Shown piece by piece: positions 1 to 12,697 of a stretch of 64,000 nucleotides of DNA. The DNA is taken from the NCBI GenBank assembly GCA_030390025.1, contig CM059430.1:67766001-67830000 (forward strand), given 5' to 3'. A program made the position numbers and the translations under genes. This DNA is from Squalus acanthias (lineage: Eukaryota). Within the stretch, counting starts at the first letter, position 1. Every line of letters begins with the position of its first letter. Below the pieces are notes generated by a model that saw nothing but the letters and a program-made list of their open reading frames with translations, made no database searches and was not told the origin of the DNA.

Positions 1-1984
1 GGAAAATAAAACCTGGCACTTTCTATAATGGGGCCGAAGATCTGATGGGGTAGTTTACCGCCCAAGCAGTGAAAGTGTTAATTATCTCCATCTGCAGGTA
101 TATCCGTGTTCTCCAATCCCCAAGATGTAATACATTCTAGTATCATAGTATATAATGCAGCTATGCTAATTGTTTCATTATTTGGAGATTATTCGTCAGA
201 AATATAAATGCTTGTAATAAAAATAATTTTCAAGTTAAATCGGTATTATTTAATATATGACGATCCTATACTATTTCAATTAGAATGATAGGCTAACTGA
301 CATGCTGTAAATATTTATCACCATGTATACAAATGGATGTCTTACATCTCCCGTTTAAAATTCAACGATAACACATATGATAATTTCTTCTGGGAACAAA
401 ACGGAAAAAATGGGTGCTGACTTCAGGGTTTGTGTCACTGTAGTCAACTCCTATTCCAGGTCATGCTCTTGGAGTGGAGGACAGGAAGTTTCAATCCCTG
501 GCCTCATCCATAAACTCTCTGAACTCAACTTACGATTGACGGTACAAGGGACACTCTTGCCTGAACTTTGTGATGGCTACCAATTTCTTTCGTGTTAGAA
601 AAGATTGAATGAACTACGATCTAGGTATTTAAAAGGTTGCGCGGCCTCGTCAAGGGAGATATAAGCAGGCTGTTTGATTTAGACCCTTAACATGAAATAG
701 AGGTTCGACTTTAACAAGCCTAAATGAAGAAGGGAATTGAACTGCAAACACTCACTCCTTTTAGAGTGGTTCCCGCATCAGGAAAGGATAACTCGTGGTT
801 TAAAATGTTAAATTGAGATGTATTTGGGAAGTAGATCAACTAAATTAAAGGATTAGAACATTGTGCAACTGATACTAGAAGAATGGTAGCCCAGCAGTTC
901 CAGTGACTAAGTGTTTGACTCCGAATCTAAAGACCATATAAGAAGTGAATTAGTTGCCTCTTGCTTCGTGCAACTATCATGGTTGGTTGACTGTCTGCAT
1001 TATCAAGCAGGAGCATAGACACAGTACCAAGTATATTAGAATCCTAGAATGTTAGAGAATAGAAACCGGTTATACGGCTCATAGAGTCTGCAACATTGTT
1101 TTTCTCCACTTGAACCATATAGTTAATTCTATACTCCTCTTCGCTCTTCACAAACTTACATTTTACCCTTTTTCATGCTACTCCTTCCCAATGAAAAAGA
1201 TGATCTGCTTCAACAACGGAATGCGGCAGACAACTCCAAATCCGCAAACTACTATGGTCTATGTAAAGAGTATGTTGCATCTCCATTTTGCGATTATGTG
1301 AACTTGGCGCCCACTTGTTACCGTCCACCGGCCAGTAGTAATAATTCAACAATCCTTCACAAACTTGAAAACCATTACATGCGCACCCCTTAAGCTTCTC
1401 AGTTGCGTTGATGAACGCCCCAGCTTTTCAAGTCTCTCCATAACTTTAACCTCACATTCCTGGTAACATAGCAGTTAATCTATGCTGCACGCTTTCCATG
1501 CTTTATCTATCCTTCTTGTAATGGGATGATCATACCAAAACACATCAATTAGAGTCTAACTAATGTCAAGTGCAACATTACCTCTAGGTTTTTATATTTT
1601 ATACAGCTAGACAGAAACTCAAAGGACTCTGTTCGGCCATTTATTGTATCACCATTAACGACTTGTGCATCTGCACGCCAAGTTTACTGCTCCTCTGCAC
1701 CATTTCAAATCCAACTATTCAAGGAGTGTTTTGTTTCTCCGCTTTTTTCTCCAAAATGTATTACTATAACTTTCACTGCCTTCTACATCTGTTGTTTAAT
1801 TGCCCATCCACCGATAACTATCAGTGTTCCCCTGCAGGATTCCAGAAGCTCGATCCTAATTCTCCTACCCTCTTTTCCCATTAGGTGTCATCTACAACAT
1901 TAGAAATGAATCCCTCAATTCCCACGGACAGATAATTTATGTGTGTAGTAAAGAAAAACAGCGCCATACTCAGGCACCTGTGAA

Positions 1985-2925
1985 AAAGCATTCGATAAGT
2001 TGCCACACAAGAGGTTGTTACACAAAATTAGGGCTCATGGGATTTGGGGTAATATATTAACATGGATTAAGGATTGGTTAACGGACAGAAAACAGAGAGT
2101 GGGAATAAATGGTGCATTTTCGGGTTGGCAGGGTTTAACTAAAGGGGTGCCTTGAGGCTTGGGCCTCAACTATTTCGAAAAGCAGAATATTTTTTAAATG
2201 GTGAAAGACTAGGAAATGTTGATATTCAGAGAGACCTGGGTGATCTTGTACACGAATCACAGAAAGTTAACATGCAGGTACAACGTGCAATTAGGGTGGC
2301 AAATGATATGCTAGCCTTTATTAATAAGGGATTGGAGTATAAGATTAAATAAGTCTTACTACAAAAATGTAGGGCCTTGGTGAGATCACACCACTGTGTA
2401 CAGTTGTGGTCTTCTTACCTAAGGTAGGATGTACTTACCTTAGAGAGAGTGCAACGAAGATTCACTAGATTGATTCCTGGGATGAGGGGACTTTCCTATG
2501 ATGACAGATTAAGTAGACTAGACTTATATTCCCTAGAGTTTAGAAGAATCAGATGTGATCTAATTGAAACATATACAATTATTAAAGGGCTTGACAGGGT
2601 AGATGCTCTGAAGATGTTTCCCCTGGATGTGGAATCTATAACTAGGGGTCACAGTCTCAGACTAAGCGGTTGGCCATTTAGGACTGAGAGAAGGAAACAT
2701 TTCTTCAATCAAAGAGTTGTAAATCTTTGGAATTATCTACCCCAGAGAGCTGTGGCGGCTCAGTCGTTGAGTACATTCAAGACAGAGATCGATAGATTTT
2801 TGGATACTAAGGAAACCAAGGGATATGGAGAGAGTGCGGAAAAGTGGAATTCAGGTAGAAGATCAGCCATGATCTTATTGAATGACGGAGCAGGCTAGAA
2901 TGGCCGAATGGCCTACTCCTGATCT
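1985..2925 (+). mobile_element. CR1 LINE 3' fragment with internal deletion
   Basis: [10 protein letters not shown]..., QRRFTRLIPG..., TRGHSL, FFNQRVVNLWN and the CR1 3'UTR. Confidence 0.88.
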
Positions 2926-4201
2926 AGAAAACTATTTTGAATCTAAGGAGTTCTGGAAGATCAAAACCAATGCATCCACTATCTCTGTAGCCACCTCTTT
3001 TAAAACCCCAGGATTTTTGCTGTACTAACAGGTGTTGCTAAATATTGACAACGTCGCATGCGTTTCTAAAGCTAAATCAAGAACATGGGTCAATAGCTCA
3101 ACTCCGCTGCAGCAGCTCAAGCTCTAAATTTAGCCGCTAATAAGTCACACTCAGAAAACGTACCGAGTGTTGCATAGCAACAGTTATTACGCCTCATAGA
3201 TCGGTGCAATTGCAGGAACAGACAACGCTCACATTAAACGGAGATTTTATTTGATAGTTTCCCTTGTAACCTTTTCTAACCCCACTATCAACTGGAATCC
3301 GTAATCGCGTCATCTTCAGGAGGCTGAATCGTTTCTTTTCTCCTCATTTCCTTTATTATGCTAAGTGTAGACGTGTATTCCTCAATAGATTTTCGAGCGT
3401 TTCTTTTATTCATCTGCACACAAGTTTCAGTACAGTAATATTGTCTGTACCCCTGACATATAACTTAATTTAATGTACTGCAATCCTGTAATAATGATCA
3501 AATGGGCTGCCAATATGTAAGTTGTGGACAACTGTCTAAAATGTCAAAAGTATTTGGTTAAAGTGATGCATATTTTATTCAATCGCCTTTTAATTGTGAC
3601 AATTTTAAGAGGAGTGCTGCTAATTAAAATTGCCCCTTGTCAGGGTGCAATACATCTTAGGATTGCAGGTTGTACGCGCCCATGGACTGTATTTCGTAAA
3701 TAATTTCGTGTGGGATATCTTGCCGCTCCAGTCCATCCGCATTATGAGCAGGATACAGCGTAGTGGGTAATTATGATGTCACAGTAGGAGAACTTTCATG
3801 TAAAATTCGTGCTCCCAGGTTGCCTTCAAGCAGCAGTTTAACAGTATACATTGTCTGAAGACAGCAGTCAGTGTATAGGTAATCCCTGTATAACGCTGAA
3901 GGCATAATGGATAGGTTAGAAGAATGCACATTCCCTTTAAGAACACGCTGCCTTTGATTATATTCAAGACGATTGAAATGTTAAAGAATACAAATAGAAT
4001 CAAGTAAACAGACCAACACGCGCGCACACACACTCACTAAATTATAGTCTCTGTGCATACCCAGTGAAAAAGTATCCAACCCAAATTATTAATATTGGTA
4101 GATAAAAAAAATGAATGTGAATATATCATTGAGAAAGGCAATCGTCTTGACAGACTCAATAGGGGAAAAAATATTTTTTTTCGCTATCTCTATCTTAAAT
4201 T

Positions 4202-5095
4202 AGAACATAAGAAATAGGAGCAGGAGTAGGCCATTTGGACATTCGAGCCTGCTCCGCCATTCAATAATGTCATGGCTGATATTCTACCACATCTCCACTT
4301 TCCTGCACTATCCCCATATCTTTTGAATCCCTTAATATTCAAAAATCTATCGATCTCTGTCTTGAATATACTCAACGACTGAGCCTCCACAGCCCTCTGT
4401 GGTAGTGAATTCTAAAGATACACCACCCTCTGAGTGAAGATATTTCTCCTCATCTCAGTTCTAAATTACCGACCCTTATTCTGAGACTGTGAAACCTGAT
4501 TCTAGAAACCCCAGCCAGGGGAAACATCCTCCCTGCATCTACCCTGTCAAGCCCTGTAAGAATGTTGCGTGTTTCAATTAGATCACCTCTCATTCTTCTA
4601 AACTCTAGAGAAGATAGGCCTAGTCTACTCAATCTCTCCTCATAGGAAAATATCCCCATCCCAGGAACCAGTCTGGTGAAACATCATTGCACTCCCTCTA
4701 TGGCAAGTATATCCTTCTTTAAGTAAGGAGAAAAAACTGTACACAATACTCCAGGTGTGGTCTCACCAGGGCCCTATATAATTGCAGTAAGACGTCTTTA
4801 CACTTATACTCAAACCCTCTTGTAATAAAGGCAGTTGCTTTCCTAATTACTTGCTGTATCTGCATGTTAATTTTCAGTGATTGGTGTACAAGGGCATCCA
4901 GGTCCAGCTGAATTTTTTTCAATAGCCTCTTGTGTGGCACCTTATCGAATGCCTTCTGAAAATGCAAATAGATCACATCCACTGGTTCCCCCTTATCTAT
5001 TCTGCTAGTTACAACCTCAAAAAACTCTAACAGATTTATCAAACACGATTTCCCTTTCACAAATCCGTGTTGCCTCTGCCCAATCGTATTATTAA
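4202..5095 (-). mobile_element. CR1 LINE 3' fragment
   Basis: KSCLINLLEFFE, FQKAFDKVPH, RPHLEYC and a TTCTTATG tail. Confidence 0.88.
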
Positions 5096-6959
5096 TCGTA
5101 TCTTAACCCACCACCAACTCGTTGTAATCCCAATCAGTAATGTACTTATTTCACAATTCAGTAGTCATGGCGCTTGGTGCATTTTACACCGTCATTACAA
5201 GTCTGATTGTGAACAAGTTGGGCTTTCAATTATATCGAGTGCATGATTTCTAGACCTGAGAATCAGGACTCTGGTTCCACACAAACTACCGGCTATCCCG
5301 CTGAAAGCGTTATCCGAACTGATCGACGCGAACTAAATTGTAGCGACTGCATTGGATGTTTCAGTGTATATAGATAAGACATCATTGTCACACTGTGCAC
5401 TTTTAAAGCAATGGCGCACGATGGTATTGAGACTGCATCCTGCCCAGCCGTATGAAGAGTGCACATGCAGCCGAAATCCTTTTGCTTTCAATGAGAAACA
5501 CAAGTGCTGATACACAAATTGAGCCAAGACAAACTATAGAAATGATGAGCACCACGAAGGATACCTTGGGAAATTTATTTTTAACGTACTTTCACCTCAC
5601 AGTTTAGTCACACTCAGTGCGGTGTCGAACACAAGCCCTGTGAGACTGATTCCTTAAGGTCGGGCAATAACTTGGACTCAAGCTGGAACGTTAGCCTGGC
5701 TGCCGAGGGGAAACGGTTTGACAGGGATGCTTAAGTTAGTAACAATGGTTTACAGCCACAACTTATAAATCATGCTAGAGCCGAAATTCCAGTTTGAAAA
5801 TGCCAGGAGAAACAAATACGTCTTTTCCAAGATTCAGTGATTGCCGCTGATCACTACCTTATAAAATTTGCCAATATATTAATAAGGAATTCCACTATAA
5901 GACGGAGGAATCGCTCTTTTTTGGGGAAGGGGCTGTTAGGATTTGTTTTCATTAATAAAGTATTTTTGGTAGGAATGCATCCCCTTTGTTACACAATGGT
6001 CTTGCGGGTGACACTGTCAATGGCCGAGTGTAGTAATAAGTAATTCGGGCCGCACTGCTCCTTCTAGTTGATGTTAGTAAAACATAATGTGCTTCATAGG
6101 GTCAAAACTTCCTGAATGCAAACAACTGGACGCTTCTTGCACTATCTGGTTAAATAAAAGTCAAAGACTCGTTAATCAACCTGTCTCCCTATTGCACAAG
6201 GCAATACAGAGATGCTTATCGCAGCAGGAAATTCTGCCCGCCTGTCAACTATTGCAGCAAATTGAAGCTGCATGTATATTTAGCTTGCAACCACAGACAG
6301 TTAGATACGTGCAGATTTACATGTTCATTCATTTACAGTCAAGCAAACCTGCAGCGGCTAAAAATTTTGCAAAGAGAAATCAAATGAAACTTTCTTCCAC
6401 AAATATCTAGGAACACGCACTTTTGGTACAAATACACCCTTACAATATTCTGAGGAAGTTCTTTCTCTATGACCTTTTGACAATTTTGCCTTTGAAGTTT
6501 TACCGCCAAGTATGAAGACCTGTACCTGTTGATACTGTGACCAGCTGCATCAGATTCGTGGTTCTTTTAGCTTCAGAGAAGCACAGGTCTTTCAAACAAC
6601 ATTTGCAGCTCGCTGGTGCTCAGTGGGTCAATGATCCCCGAGGTGCAGTACTGAGTCATGCAGGAAGGTCACTTTTTAAAAGCCCTGTTGTCTGTTGAAA
6701 TAGAGTTTAGGTAGTGGGGTTCTGCAGCCGATTTCAGCTGCCGTGAACTCTGCTTCATGTTCGTGCACAGAGAATATCAGATGGGGATGTGATTGTTCCT
6801 ATGATCTGATTATCTACTAATGGACCGGAGAGAGAAAATGTAACCTGTGCAGCTAAAACACTTGCCTTTAATGTCCGTTAGTATTTTCCCTAAGATTAAA
6901 TAAATCACTGGGGAGTTCATCTGTTTACACTGAACTCAATGGTATTGATACAAAGCGAT

Positions 6960-8336
6960 TCCAGAAAGGAGGGTTGTGAAAACAGGAAACTACAGGCCCG
7001 TTAGAATGACATCAGTTGTCGGGAAAATGCTGGAATCCTTAACGAAGTGGTAACAGGACATTTAGAAAATCATAATGCGATTAGGCAGAATCAACATGGT
7101 GTTGTGAAAAGAATATCGTGTTTAACAAACTTATTAGAGTTTTTTGAGGATGTAACTAGCAGAGTAGAAAAAAAGGGAACCAGTGGATGTAGTATATTTG
7201 GATTTCCAAAAGGCAGTCAATAAGGTGCCACATAAAAGGTTGTTACGCAAGATACGGGCTAATGGGGTTGCGGGTAATATATTAGCATGGATAGAGGATT
7301 GCATAACGGACAGAAAACAAAGGGTCAGGATAAATGGGTAATTTTCAGGTTGGCAGGCTGCAACTAGTGGGATGCCGCAACGATCAGTGCTTGGGCCTCA
7401 GCTATTTATCATTTATATTAATGACTTAGATGAAGGGAACGAGTGTAATGTTACCACGTTTGCTGACGATACAAAGGTAGATGGGAAAGTAAACTGTGAG
7501 GAGGACACAAAGAGCCTGCAAAGGGATGTTTTAAAATTCGTACATGGGAAGTGCGTGGCGCTGGCAAAGCCAGCATTTCCTGCCCACCCTTAATTGCCCT
7601 TGAAAAGGTGGTGGTGAGCCACCTTCTTGAACTGCTGCAGTCCGTTTGGTGAAGGTACTCCCACAGTGCTGTTAGGGAGGGAGGTCCAGGATTTTGACCC
7701 AGCGACGATGAAGCAATGGTGATATACTTCTAAGTCAGGATGGTGTGTAACTTGGAGGGGAACTTGCAGGTGACGGTGTTCCCATGCGGCTGCTGCACTT
7801 GTCCTTCTAGGTAGTAGAGGTTGCGAGTTTGAGAGGTGCTGCGGAAGAAGCCTTGATAATTTGCGGCAGTGCATCTTGTCTATGATACACTCTGCAGCCA
7901 TGGCGCGCTGGTGGTGGAGGGAGTGAATGTTTAAGGTGGTAGAAGGGGTGCCAATCAAGCGGGCTGCATTGTCCTGGATGGTGTCGAGCTTCTTGAGTGT
8001 TGTTGGAGCTGCACTCATCTAGCCAAGCAGAGAGTATTCCATCTCACTCCTGACTTGTGCCTTGTAGTTGGTGGATATAGACAGGTTAAGTGAGTGGTCA
8101 ATAAGGTGGCAGATGGAGTATAATGTGGGGAAATGTGAGATTATTCACTTTGGTAGGAAGAATACAAAAACAGAACATTTTTCAAATAGTGAGCAACTAT
8201 TACATGTTGGTGTTCAGAGAGATTTAGGTGTCCTCGTACAGGAAACACAGCAAGTTAGCATGCAGATACAGCAAGCAATTAGGAAGGCAAATGACATGTT
8301 CGTCTTTATGACAAGGGGGCTGGAGTATAAGAGTAA
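6960..8336 (+). mobile_element. CR1 RT fragment interrupted by another LINE
   Basis: NYRPV, QHG, PQRSVLGP, FADDTK. It resumes after the 7527-8067 insert with DIDRLSEW. Confidence 0.85.
7527..8067 (-). mobile_element. 3' end of a second LINE family (CR1/L2-group RT C-terminus)
   Basis: ORF SAAPTTLKKLDTIQDNAARLIG...HSLHH...SWTSLP...FKKVAHHHL. Related shorter pieces lie at about 11040-11320, 40846-41050, 59740-59995 and 60870-60980. Confidence 0.75.
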
Positions 8337-9590
8337 GAAACATAAGAACATAAGAACACAATAAATAGGAGCAGGAGTAGGCCATTTGGCCCCTCGAGCC
8401 TGCTCCGCCATTCAATAAGATCATGGCTGATCTGATCTTGGCCTCAACTCCACTTTCCCGCCAGCTCCCCATAACCCTTGCCTCCCCTGTAGCTCAAATA
8501 TCTGACTATCTCCACCTTGAATATATTCAATGACTCCGCCACCACAGCTCTTTGGGGTAGAGAATGCGAAAGATTTATGCCCCTCTGAGAGAAGAAATAG
8601 CTCCTCATCTCCGTTTTAATTGCCGACCACTTATTCTGAAACTATGCCCTCTAGTTCTAGATCCCCCCACGAGGGGAAACATCCTCCCTGCATCTACCCT
8701 GTCAAGCCCCTTCACAATCTTATATGTTTCAATAGATCAAGTCTCATTCTTCTAAATTCTAATGAGTATAGGCCCAACCTGTTCAACATTTCTTCAAAGA
8801 ACAACCTCTTCATCTCAGGAATCAAACTAGTGAACCTTCTCTGAACTGCCTCCAATGTAAGTATAGCCCTCCTTAAATAAGGAGCGAAAAACTGCACACA
8901 GTACTCCAGATGTGGTATCACCAGCGCTCTGCATAGTTGTAGCAAGACTTGCATATTTTTGTACCCCATTCGCCTTGCAATAATGGCCAACATTCCATTT
9001 GCCTTCCTAATTACGTGCTGTACCTGCATGCTACATTTTAATGTTTCATGTACGAAGACTCCTGGATCCCTCTGTACCGCAGCATTTTGTAGTCTCTCTC
9101 CATTTAAATAATAATTTGCATTTTTATTCTTCCTACCAAAGTGGATAACCTCACATTTTCCCACATTATACTCCATCTGCCAATTTTTTGCCCACTCACT
9201 TAACCTATCTATATCTCTTTGCAGATTCTTTGTGTCCTCCTCACAACTTGCTTTCCCACTTGTCTTTGTATCATCAGCAAATTTTGCTACAGTACACTCG
9301 GCCCCTTCATCCAAGTCATTAATATAGATTGTAAATAGTTGAGGGCCCAGCAATGATCCCTGTGGCACCCAACTAGTTACAGTTTGCCAAACTAAAAATC
9401 ACCCATTTATCCCGACTCTCTGTTTTCTGTTAGTTAGCCAATCCTCTATCCATGCTAATGTATTGCCCCCAACCCCGTGTTCTCTTATCTTGTGCAGTAT
9501 CCTTTAATGTGGCACCTTCTCGAATGCCTTCTGGAAATCCCAATACACTACTTCTATTGGTTCCCCTTGATCCATCCTGCTCGTTACATC
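8337..9590 (-). mobile_element. CR1 LINE 3' fragment
   Basis: 218-aa RT ORF (PQGSLLGP, FADDTK) and a (TTCTTATG)n tail at 8337. Confidence 0.9.
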
Positions 9591-9594
9591 CTCA

Positions 9595-10205
9595 AAGCAA
9601 GTTTTGTTATAATTATACAGGCCTTTGTTGCAACCACACCAGGAGCACTGTCTACAATTTTGGTCTCCTCATCGGAGGAAGGATATAATTGCCTTAGAGG
9701 CAGTGCAACAAAGGTTCACTAGATTGATTCCTGGAATGAGTGTGTTGTCCTCTGAGGAGAGATTGAGTAGATTGGGCCTCTACCCTCTGGAGTTTAGAAG
9801 AATGAGAGGTTATCTCATTGAAAGTTATACGATTCTCAGTGAGATTGTCAGGGTAGATACTGAGACGTTGTTTCCCCTGGCTGGAGAGTCTAGAACTAGG
9901 GGGCATAATCGCAGGATAAGGGGACGGCTATTTAAGACTGAGATGAGGAGGAATTTCTTCTCTCAGAGGGTAGTAAATCTTTGGAATTCTCTAACCTCAT
10001 TTGGCTGTGGATTCTGAATCGTTGAGTATATTCAAGGCTGAGATAGATAGATTTTTGGACTCTGGGGGAATCAAGGGATATGGAGATCGGGCGGGCAAGT
10101 GGAGTTGAGGTCGAAGATCAGCCATGATCTAATTGAATGGTGGAGCGGGCTCGTGGGGCCGAATGCCCTACCCCTGCTCCTACTTCTTAAGTTCTTATAT
10201 CTTGT
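9595..10205 (+). mobile_element. CR1 LINE 3' fragment
   Basis: VQQRFTRLIPG, TRGHN, FFSQRVVNLWNSL and the 3'UTR/tail. Confidence 0.88.
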
Positions 10206-12642
10206 GATCTTATGGGGTATTTTACGTTATGGGTTATTTGACTCTTTTTACTCTCTCTTTCTCTCTCTCAGACACACACTCTGTAGCTGCAGTTTGTGAA
10301 GTGAAATTGGGTGTCCAACCACGTTGAACTTCTATTTTTGGACCTACAGATGGATTCACTCTGACATCGCTATTGTTTGTGAGCCATCTTTAGGTTTCTA
10401 GTAAATTAAAAAAGTGCTTATCTGTGATAGTAACGATGGGGTCTGAATGCACCCTCACATTACTTGGACTTCACTCGTAGTTGGATGCAAATTCAGTGCA
10501 GTATCAATCCTGGTGTACAAAATGTGCATGTTTAAAGAGGAAGAGCTGCTCCTTGTCAAGCTTCTTGAACGCTCGAATATTTTAATAGTTGCAAGTGCGC
10601 TCTGCCCAAGACAGTATCCAGCCGCACCCAGCTCTCTCCTGGACCTGACTGCTACCAGTCGAGGGCCAAACAATATAAACTTCGGTCTGCCTGGCAGACC
10701 AGAAGTAGAGCTATTACTCTAAGGTCGGTTGCTGCATTGTAAACAAACAGTTCAATAAAATAAAATATGTATTATCTTTAATTCTTATTTATGGCTTCAG
10801 TTGTGCAGCAAGGGTGAAGTTAGGGTGCAGATACATCTAAACCTTTTGAACATTTAGCTTCATCTGAAAGACCACTTGGTCCATCCTAGCTCAGCCATCC
10901 AGAAACCTACATTTCCCCATTAACAACATTTAAATATCTCTTAAATGATTTCAGATGGTTGTCCTCACATGATTACCCAAGTCCACTTCCATTATCGATC
11001 AGTCTCTGTCTGAAGAAAAGCTTTTCCATTTCTGTTCTCGGAATGGGGGTGACATCTGCAAAGCTGCATTTATTACCCATTCCTAGTTGCCCTATACAAA
11101 GTGGTGGTGGGCCTTTTCTTTAACTGCTGCAGTCTTTTGCATAGTTTGGTAGAGTCTTCTTGGATATTGACCCAAAGATTATGAAGGAACGGCGACGTAT
11201 ATCCAAGTCAGGATGGCGTGTGACTTGGAGAAGAACTTGGAGATGATTATGTTCCCATGACGTTGCTGTTCTCATCCTGCTCGTTGGGAGAGGTCAAAGA
11301 GCTGGGATGTGTTGCCCAATAAGAGCTTCCTTATATCAGTCCTACATTGGCTTGCGCCCCGGTAGTCGGACAAAGCGTTTGGAACACGACCGTCAACAGC
11401 GTGACTTTTAGACTTTTAGACAGTCCGCCTGAAATTTAATTTAACACTGTATTTTCGTTTATTTGAAATAAACATCTGGAGCTGAGAACTGTAAGATATA
11501 TGAGTCCTACATGGGTAGAATTGATTTAATAAATGCATAACGTGATGAAGTCTACAGCAGGACGCGTCTTGCAACGGGGGTGTGATATCGCTATCTCAAG
11601 ACACAATTCAAGACTCGGGCTTCCTAGAGTTGTACAGACATGAATGTTATTAACCAACAGATTATTCCGTGTGCACATTATGACAATAATTTTTTTATAG
11701 AATTATTTCGGGAAAGGAAGTTGGTGGCAAGGTTTTTCGTGGGTGATTAAGTGCACTATAATTAACAGTGTTCATGATCTCCAAGCTCACTTTCGAGCCA
11801 TGCAGTTATTTTCTCCTCAACAGCTCCGGACTGTCTGTAAAGTCAATGTCGTCAAGATTTGAACAGGCCCCCATATCGAGAGAGATTCTGATATCTCTGA
11901 CACTCGTGGACAGAACAACAGAAAAGCCTTCATATCTAACAGTTCTTCTCATTCTCATCTGCAGCCTCTCAGTCCCTCACACCATTGCTTTTCCAAACGT
12001 TTCCCTCTTTTCCTACTAAACTGCAAACATGTCTTCCAGCTGGCCCTTCCTCATTTCTGCTCCCTCAAACAATTGAATTCAAGAATTATTCCTTCTGAAG
12101 ACCTCCAAATCGTCAGGATTTCAAAAGCTCTGCTTGCCACTATTAATCACTGCCTCCTGATTTAGCTTGTTTTCCATCTTACACTTTTCAACCTCAAAGG
12201 TGACCATGTCCGGACAACTTGGTTTCTAAATTTAAAAGAAGCTGAAATGCTGGATGTATGTGGCATTTTGTTTGAAACATTACGGCCCTTTCTGTCACCA
12301 TTTCAGACGCTCATAAAACACATCAAATTGCATTGGACAGCTCAATTGCTCTGGTCAATTATGTTCTCAAGTAGAACATTATAAAACTTAAAGATATTTT
12401 TCAACAGATACACGGGTCTGAGATTGCCTTGAAATGACATTGGGTGGTGTGATGAGGCTCTAATCTACATGAAGCACACACCTTCATTTCACTGCTGAAC
12501 TCGGCCGTTGGCACCAGTCACAGGCGTGTAGTCTCACACGTCACTGTCTCACAATTCACATCAGGTTATGCACAGCGTTATTTCCCCAAACTATTAGAGC
12601 TTCGTGTTTGTTGTCTTGGAACGGCTAGCATCCATCACTGAA

Positions 12643-12697
12643 ATGTCTATGAGAGCTGTACGTCGGAGCATACAGTTCATGGGGATTATTTTCATAG
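12643..12697 (+). CDS. IgSF receptor exon 1, leader/signal peptide (MSMRAVRRSIQFMGIIFI)
   Basis: ATG at 12643, basic then hydrophobic residues, phase-1 donor G|GTATTT. It joins in frame to V exon (V-AADTPFEVTQ) across a 102-nt pyrimidine-rich intron. Confidence 0.75.

Noticed and set aside
1-12600. Numerous 60-110 aa ORFs outside repeats
   Set aside because: No domain motifs or consistent exon structure. Consistent with random ORFs or old LINE debris (e.g. about 580-900 and 1380-1980).
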